Of a stretch of DNA of 64,000 nt, positions 58,582-64,000 are shown in pieces. Made by a program: the position numbers and the translations under genes. The notes below the pieces were generated by a model. It had not been told where the DNA came from and searched no databases. It saw only the letters and a program-made list of their open reading frames with translations. Position 1 is the first letter of the stretch. Every line of letters begins with the position of its first letter. Source of the stretch: Methanobacteriota archaeon (lineage in GTDB: Archaea > Thermoplasmatota > Poseidoniia > Poseidoniales > Poseidoniaceae); contig JABJMO010000009.1 in the NCBI GenBank assembly GCA_018659375.1, forward strand, positions 36,320-100,319, given 5' to 3'.

Positions 58582-61500
58582 GTGAATCACTGGGATAGTG
58601 TAAATAAAGTGGTTGACATTGAATACCTAGATAATCCTCAAGATACTGAGAGTTTACTAGAAATGTTGTGCCCTCCGGTTAGAAACTGGTTCAAGGACAA
58701 ATTCCCTGATTTTACTAGGCCTCAGAAATTGGCTATTCCAGCGATATTGGAGCGAAAACACTTACTACTTTGCTCACCAACTGGATCTGGTAAAACTCTA
58801 ACAGCATTTTTGACTATCATCGATAAATTAGTTAGACTAGCACTTGATGGGAAATTGGAGAAAAAGGTCCACTGTGCTTACATCTCTCCCATCAAAGCCT
58901 TGGCCAATGACATCCAGAGAAATTTGATTGGACCGCTTACCGAAATTTCTGAACGATATTTACCTGACCGCGCCCAAGAAATCAAAGTTGGGCTGAGAAC
59001 TGGAGACACGCCTCAGTCTGAAAGGCAAAGGATGCTAAAACATCCACCGCATATCTTGATTACCACCCCTGAAAGTTTAGCTATTGCAATTACTTCCCCT
59101 CGATTTCAACCCATTGTTAGTGAATTGGAATACATTATTATTGACGAACTCCACTCTTTAGTACCCACTAAGAGAGGAGTACACCTTGGGCTTACATTAT
59201 CTTACTTAGATACATTACTAAAAACACCGGTCCAGAGAATTGGTATTTCGGCAACCATGGAACCTTTAGAAAAAGTTGCTGAATATCTTGTATCTAGTGA
59301 CGATAGAGAATCAAGAAGTGGAGCAAGCAAAGTTAGCATAGCTAAGGTATCTGGGTCTCGAGAACTAGATTTAGACATAATAATTCCCGATAATCGATTT
59401 AGTGATTTGTCAGTGATGAAAGTACTGGAGAAAAATATTGATGTAATGGCTGATTTAATATCTGCCCACACCACAACATTAGTTTTTGCCAATACTAGAA
59501 AAATGACAGAAACCTTAGTTCAAAGGTTAAGACCACACCTTGGTGAATTAATTGCCGGACACCACGGATCAATGGATAAGAAAATACGACTTGATGTGGA
59601 GAGGAAACTCAAACACGGTCATTTACGCGCAGTTGTCACATCCTCATCATTGGAAATGGGAATCGACATTGGTTCTGTTGATTTAGTAATACAAGTAGGT
59701 AGCCCAGGTGATATCGCTACTGCACTACAGAGAATCGGTCGTGCTGGGCACCATGTTGGAGGAATTCCAAGAGCGAGATTCTTACCGACTAGCGTTGACG
59801 ATTTACTCGAACTTGCAGCATTACAATCGGCAATTCAAAAGGGTGAAATGGACATATTACATTTCCCGGAAAATAGTCTTGATGTGGTTGCTCAGTTTAT
59901 GATTGGACTGGTCATTATCAATCAGTTAGACATAGATGAGGCATATGAAGTCATAGTTAATGCATGGTCCTACAGAAATTTTGAGTATGATGATTTTATT
60001 GAAGTTCTAGACATGCTTGAAGAAGAAAGACGAGTTTGGGTAGATTGGGAAGAAAACATCTACGGAAAACGTGGTTATTCAAGAATGATTTACTACACCA
60101 ATATCGGTACAATTGCCCCAGATAATTCATACCTAGTGCTAAATGCTGAAGGTTCTGTACTTGGAAAACTAAGTGGTTCATTCGTGTCAAATCTGCGTGG
60201 CGGTGATGTTATCCTACTTGGTGGTTCAACCTATCGAGTCACCAATATTCAAGGCACAAGAGTGAACGTGACTGCAGTCACAGGATACCGCCCTACTGTT
60301 CCATCATGGTCTGGTGAAGCTAGATCTCGTTCAAGAGAATTATCTAGCGCTTTACTAGATCTTATCGGTCACTGTATTGTGGCGCTTAGAAAAGAAATAG
60401 ATCCACGAATGATACTACGCGATGCTTATGGTTTGTCAAATATTGTGGCTAATGCAATTGCTCGACATTTGGAGGAACATTCAATTGATTCTTTCCAAGT
60501 ACCCGACCCTAACAGAATATTAGTTGAACAAATAATCAGTAGTGGGCATCCAACCTACATGATCACCACATGTCGGGGAAGAGGATTCAATACTGCGCTT
60601 GGTTATTTCTTAGCAGGTCTTGCTGAAACCAAAGGGATTAGCGTCATCGAAATGTCATTTGATGAAAATGGGTTATTGCTTAGAACCTCCCAGGAAATTG
60701 AACCACGAGAGATGTATGACTCTTTCAAAAACCAAAATCATATTGAAGTTATTGAAAGATACATCATTAGCACTCAGATATTTTCTAAGAGATTCAAGGA
60801 AGTTGCAGGACGTTCGCTAATAATTCCAAAAAGAATTGGGGCCGAAGAAATAAGTCCTCAGCAATTCCAACAAAAAGCAGATTTGTTGCTGAATAAACAT
60901 AGAACTATTGAAGACAGTTTATTGATGCGAGAGGCAAAAAATGAAATCATGTTTGGTGACATAGATCTCAATAGTTTGAATGATTTCCTAAGTTTATGTG
61001 TTCAAGGCGAAGCAAGGATTGTTCATCAAAAAATGACTATCCCCTCAAGACTTGGTATGTCGTTGTTTATGTCGGCCTTTGAAGATTTAATGTCGATGAA
61101 AACTAGAGCGTTCTTGGTCAAGGATATTGACCCCACAATATTGGCGAGATTACTTGGAACAAGATCTCTGGCAACTGAACTATCTGCTCAGGAATTGGTT
61201 AATTACTATCTAAACAAGGCACCTATTCCGAAAAACCCTGCAGAATTATTGAAATTAATGTCTCAGGGAGGGGGTCTAGATAAGTCATTCAAAAATCCAC
61301 TATACAAAGAAAAACTTCAAAATATTGATATTGAAATTCTACGAGGTTGGGTAAAAAGTCTATGTCAGAATGGCGATATAGTCAAGATCAGGAATACTGG
61401 TTCCCCTGAGCTAGATGAAAAATGGTTTACCCCTTACATGGCAGAGATTCATGGTACTTTGGGCTGCCTTGCGTCCAACGGTGGCAAAGATGCCAAGGAT

Positions 61501-63894
61501 CTTAGAGAATTACATGTTGATGGGCTACAATACCAAATCGCTGATGAATATGATGGTTTAAAGCCGACCAAATGGAAGGATATGAAAGTAAGCGATCCTC
61601 ACGTTGCTATGCGTGTGAAAATAATCGAAATGTTAGGCAGTGAAGGGCCTAAGATGGCAGATGAGATTGAACAACGACTGCCATTCTCAAAGACATTAGT
61701 AGATCGTATTTTACTCGAACTTGAATCAAGAAATGTAATATCAGTAGGCTTTTACAAACAAACCGATGATGCTGAATACATCTTGAAAATTGATGAACAT
61801 AGGCTAACAGGCGGTGAGGAAGAAGTTGTAGAATATCGCTGGGTACAGAATATGGTTTTTGATAAATCATTCGCCCAGTATGATGATGGTTTTTCAGCAT
61901 TTGATTCACATGTGATATTCCAAAAGCAACAGGAATTAATGTACAGAGTAGGACAGTTCAGATTCAAAGATTGGAAAGATCTTCAAATGGATTCTGACGT
62001 AATCATGGGAAGATTACTTCATAATCGAATTGGTTATACTACGAGAAAGAATATTCCTATGCTTCTTGGACTAAAACCGGAACCTTGGATTGGTGCAATG
62101 GAGGAACAATTATTGCAAAAAATACCCCCTGGAATAAATGTTACTCGACAGGAAATTATGCAAGATTTCCCCAAAGGTGATGAATTCAAGTCACTACATC
62201 GGGATTTGAAGAGGGCTTTGGATAATTTAGAACGCCAAATGTTAGTAGTAAAACAATTTGAAGATGTTGTTGGAAGGCGAAGAAAATTATCATTATTCCA
62301 TCGTGTATTGGGTGTCTACAAGCCGATGAGTTTCGAAGATTCATTGGTTGATGTGGTGAAAAGATTAGGACCAATTAAATCACATACATTGCGATTCTTT
62401 GTCACCAGGTCCTACGAAGACTTGACTATTGCCTTGATGAATTTAGAGAAATCTGGTAGGATTGCTAAGGTTGTATCTTTGGTACCAGAACCTGAAGCAT
62501 TCTATTGTATGCCAGACGAGGTCGATAAGCTAAGTAGGGCTAGCAGAGAAGACGGAGAATTGAGGATTTTGACGCAATCTGACCCATATGTATCAAGATT
62601 CATTTGGGAAGTTCGAAGTATTTTAGACCGGGGTTGGTATCTTCCAGTGTTCAAAGGAGTCGACCCTATCGGCAAGGTATTAATGTTCAAAGTAAATGAT
62701 TACCTTGAGGTAAAAGACTTACAAATACCCAACGCATATATCGAAGAATTTTGTGAAGCTTTCTCTGTGTTACTAGATAACCATTCAGACCAATTAGTCG
62801 ATGTCGCAGTATTAACAAACTTCAACAGTGAGCCAGTATCTCAACTGGATCCCGAAACTAGGATACATTTCGAAAATATTGGGTTTAAACTCACAGGGGA
62901 GCGAATGATTCGTGGGGGAATCGTTGATCCACAACCAAGAGAAATTGCTGAAAGAGCACTTTTCCATCGTCATTTCCTTCATCAAAATACACGACTAGAA
63001 AATGAAGTAATTGCTATGAAAAAGATTCCTGAGGTAAGAGATGATTTTGCATTGAGGGGACGCTGTGAAGTTTATCGTGCCGATATTAAGAGTATGGCAA
63101 GTGCCAACAGATTACACCAAGGAGTCAACCTAAGGGGTCATCAAGTTTGGGCTACATACGAACACTTTCAGGACCTCCAAGTCATTCGAGGAGAACCTGC
63201 AGATGAAGATTTACTTGACATAGTAGACTTTTTCTCGACAAATTCTGACCCAAATATTTTCAAAGAAAGACATGCTTTGTCCCAATCTGAATTCCGTAAA
63301 TTAGTTCAACCACTCATTAGGACTGGACATATCGTTCAGGACTTTAGAGGAGGCTTTAGAACTGTCAAACCAAACCAATCATTAGACAGGGTAGAACTTA
63401 GAAAAGAATATCTAAGGAAAATGGTTACAGATTACCCAATCATTACCCTTAAACAATTTATGAGATTAGCAGGAACGCCATTTAAGCCTGAAGAAATCAA
63501 ATCAGTGTTAAACGAATTTGAACAAGATGAGACACTCATTAAAGGATTTTTGATTGAGGATTTGCATGAAGTATGCTGGGGTAGAAAAGAATTACTTGAA
63601 GAAGCCAAAGATATCAAACCCATAAGGGATTTCGTTTTGCCGCCAAGTGACCCAATAGCACCATATTTTGCAGATGTAATGAAAGAGCGGTTTGGCTTTG
63701 GTTCTGCCTACTTAGTTTTCAAAAATGCAGAGCCAGTAGCGGCTTTTAAAGCTAATACTAGAAACAAAATAATCGAAGTTAAAGACTATGAAGGTTCAGA
63801 AAAAGGTTGGAGAATAGTCAAAGAATTTGCTTGGGAGCACCAAATGCCACTTCAGACTGAACTAAGAATTGGTGGCAAAAAAATGAAGAGATGA
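58582..63894 (+). CDS. lhr: Lhr-family ATP-dependent helicase with very long C-terminal extension
   Basis: SPTGSGKT, ITTPESL, DELH, SAT, HHGS, LEMGIDIG, QRIGRAGH; PSWSGE; about 900 extra C-terminal aa. Confidence 0.93.
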   Translation: MNHWDSVNKVVDIEYLDNPQDTESLLEMLCPPVRNWFKDKFPDFTRPQKLAIPAILERKHLLLCSPTGSGKTLTAFLTIIDKLVRLALDGKLEKKVHCAYISPIKALANDIQRNLIGPLTEISERYLPDRAQEIKVGLRTGDTPQSERQRMLKHPPHILITTPESLAIAITSPRFQPIVSELEYIIIDELHSLVPTKRGVHLGLTLSYLDTLLKTPVQRIGISATMEPLEKVAEYLVSSDDRESRSGASKVSIAKVSGSRELDLDIIIPDNRFSDLSVMKVLEKNIDVMADLISAHTTTLVFANTRKMTETLVQRLRPHLGELIAGHHGSMDKKIRLDVERKLKHGHLRAVVTSSSLEMGIDIGSVDLVIQVGSPGDIATALQRIGRAGHHVGGIPRARFLPTSVDDLLELAALQSAIQKGEMDILHFPENSLDVVAQFMIGLVIINQLDIDEAYEVIVNAWSYRNFEYDDFIEVLDMLEEERRVWVDWEENIYGKRGYSRMIYYTNIGTIAPDNSYLVLNAEGSVLGKLSGSFVSNLRGGDVILLGGSTYRVTNIQGTRVNVTAVTGYRPTVPSWSGEARSRSRELSSALLDLIGHCIVALRKEIDPRMILRDAYGLSNIVANAIARHLEEHSIDSFQVPDPNRILVEQIISSGHPTYMITTCRGRGFNTALGYFLAGLAETKGISVIEMSFDENGLLLRTSQEIEPREMYDSFKNQNHIEVIERYIISTQIFSKRFKEVAGRSLIIPKRIGAEEISPQQFQQKADLLLNKHRTIEDSLLMREAKNEIMFGDIDLNSLNDFLSLCVQGEARIVHQKMTIPSRLGMSLFMSAFEDLMSMKTRAFLVKDIDPTILARLLGTRSLATELSAQELVNYYLNKAPIPKNPAELLKLMSQGGGLDKSFKNPLYKEKLQNIDIEILRGWVKSLCQNGDIVKIRNTGSPELDEKWFTPYMAEIHGTLGCLASNGGKDAKDLRELHVDGLQYQIADEYDGLKPTKWKDMKVSDPHVAMRVKIIEMLGSEGPKMADEIEQRLPFSKTLVDRILLELESRNVISVGFYKQTDDAEYILKIDEHRLTGGEEEVVEYRWVQNMVFDKSFAQYDDGFSAFDSHVIFQKQQELMYRVGQFRFKDWKDLQMDSDVIMGRLLHNRIGYTTRKNIPMLLGLKPEPWIGAMEEQLLQKIPPGINVTRQEIMQDFPKGDEFKSLHRDLKRALDNLERQMLVVKQFEDVVGRRRKLSLFHRVLGVYKPMSFEDSLVDVVKRLGPIKSHTLRFFVTRSYEDLTIALMNLEKSGRIAKVVSLVPEPEAFYCMPDEVDKLSRASREDGELRILTQSDPYVSRFIWEVRSILDRGWYLPVFKGVDPIGKVLMFKVNDYLEVKDLQIPNAYIEEFCEAFSVLLDNHSDQLVDVAVLTNFNSEPVSQLDPETRIHFENIGFKLTGERMIRGGIVDPQPREIAERALFHRHFLHQNTRLENEVIAMKKIPEVRDDFALRGRCEVYRADIKSMASANRLHQGVNLRGHQVWATYEHFQDLQVIRGEPADEDLLDIVDFFSTNSDPNIFKERHALSQSEFRKLVQPLIRTGHIVQDFRGGFRTVKPNQSLDRVELRKEYLRKMVTDYPIITLKQFMRLAGTPFKPEEIKSVLNEFEQDETLIKGFLIEDLHEVCWGRKELLEEAKDIKPIRDFVLPPSDPIAPYFADVMKERFGFGSAYLVFKNAEPVAAFKANTRNKIIEVKDYEGSEKGWRIVKEFAWEHQMPLQTELRIGGKKMKR

Positions 63895-63952
63895 ACCGCA
63901 ATCAGCCAACCACTAGTTTTTAATGGGACCGTTACATGACAGAAACGATAAC

Positions 63953-64000
63953 ATGAACCAATATTCGAAATCTCTCCTTTTGGTCAGTATTTTCCTGATT
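63953..64000 (+). CDS. Start of a probable secreted protein (truncated by window end)
   Basis: MNQYSKSLLLVSIFLI, signal-peptide-like, open to the edge. Confidence 0.5.
   Translation, partial: MNQYSKSLLLVSIFLI

Overview
Gene-dense archaeal chromosomal segment, AT-rich (high-30s %GC by eye, not computed). The gene set (Kae1, aMBF1, PAN, PriS, RFC-L, SRP54, archaeal ProRS/GlyRS, geranylgeranyl reductase) plus many acidic DxDxDG-repeat surface proteins suggests a marine Thermoplasmatota, probably Marine Group II/Poseidoniales (inference). It holds about 47 CDS and one tRNA-Val(GAC). I saw no CRISPR, rRNA, integrase or transposase. Pathways: a complete folate-type histidine catabolism (hutH, long hutU, hutI, split FTCD) arranged on both sides of the divergent aMBF1/PAN promoter together with a YdeP-type formate-dehydrogenase-like enzyme and FdhD; futalosine menaquinone genes (mqnE, mqnA, mqnD); split transketolase plus transaldolase; and Trk K+ uptake. 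Best candidates for undescribed biology: (1) a membrane protein with a double zinc ribbon and seven EF-hands, coupled to a zinc-finger gene and divergent from a DUF835 gene, with a PMR1/SPCA-like Ca2+ pump in the same window, i.e. a possible archaeal Ca2+-sensing module; (2) a CxxC-less ArsA/Get3 ATPase with an alpha-crystallin tail (Get3d-like) directly upstream of SRP54; (3) the proteasome-histidine-formate gene arrangement; (4) a 1770-aa Lhr with apparently duplicated AlkZ-like C-terminal modules. All calls come from motif recognition, without database searches. Several start codons were moved downstream of the ORF-track start.
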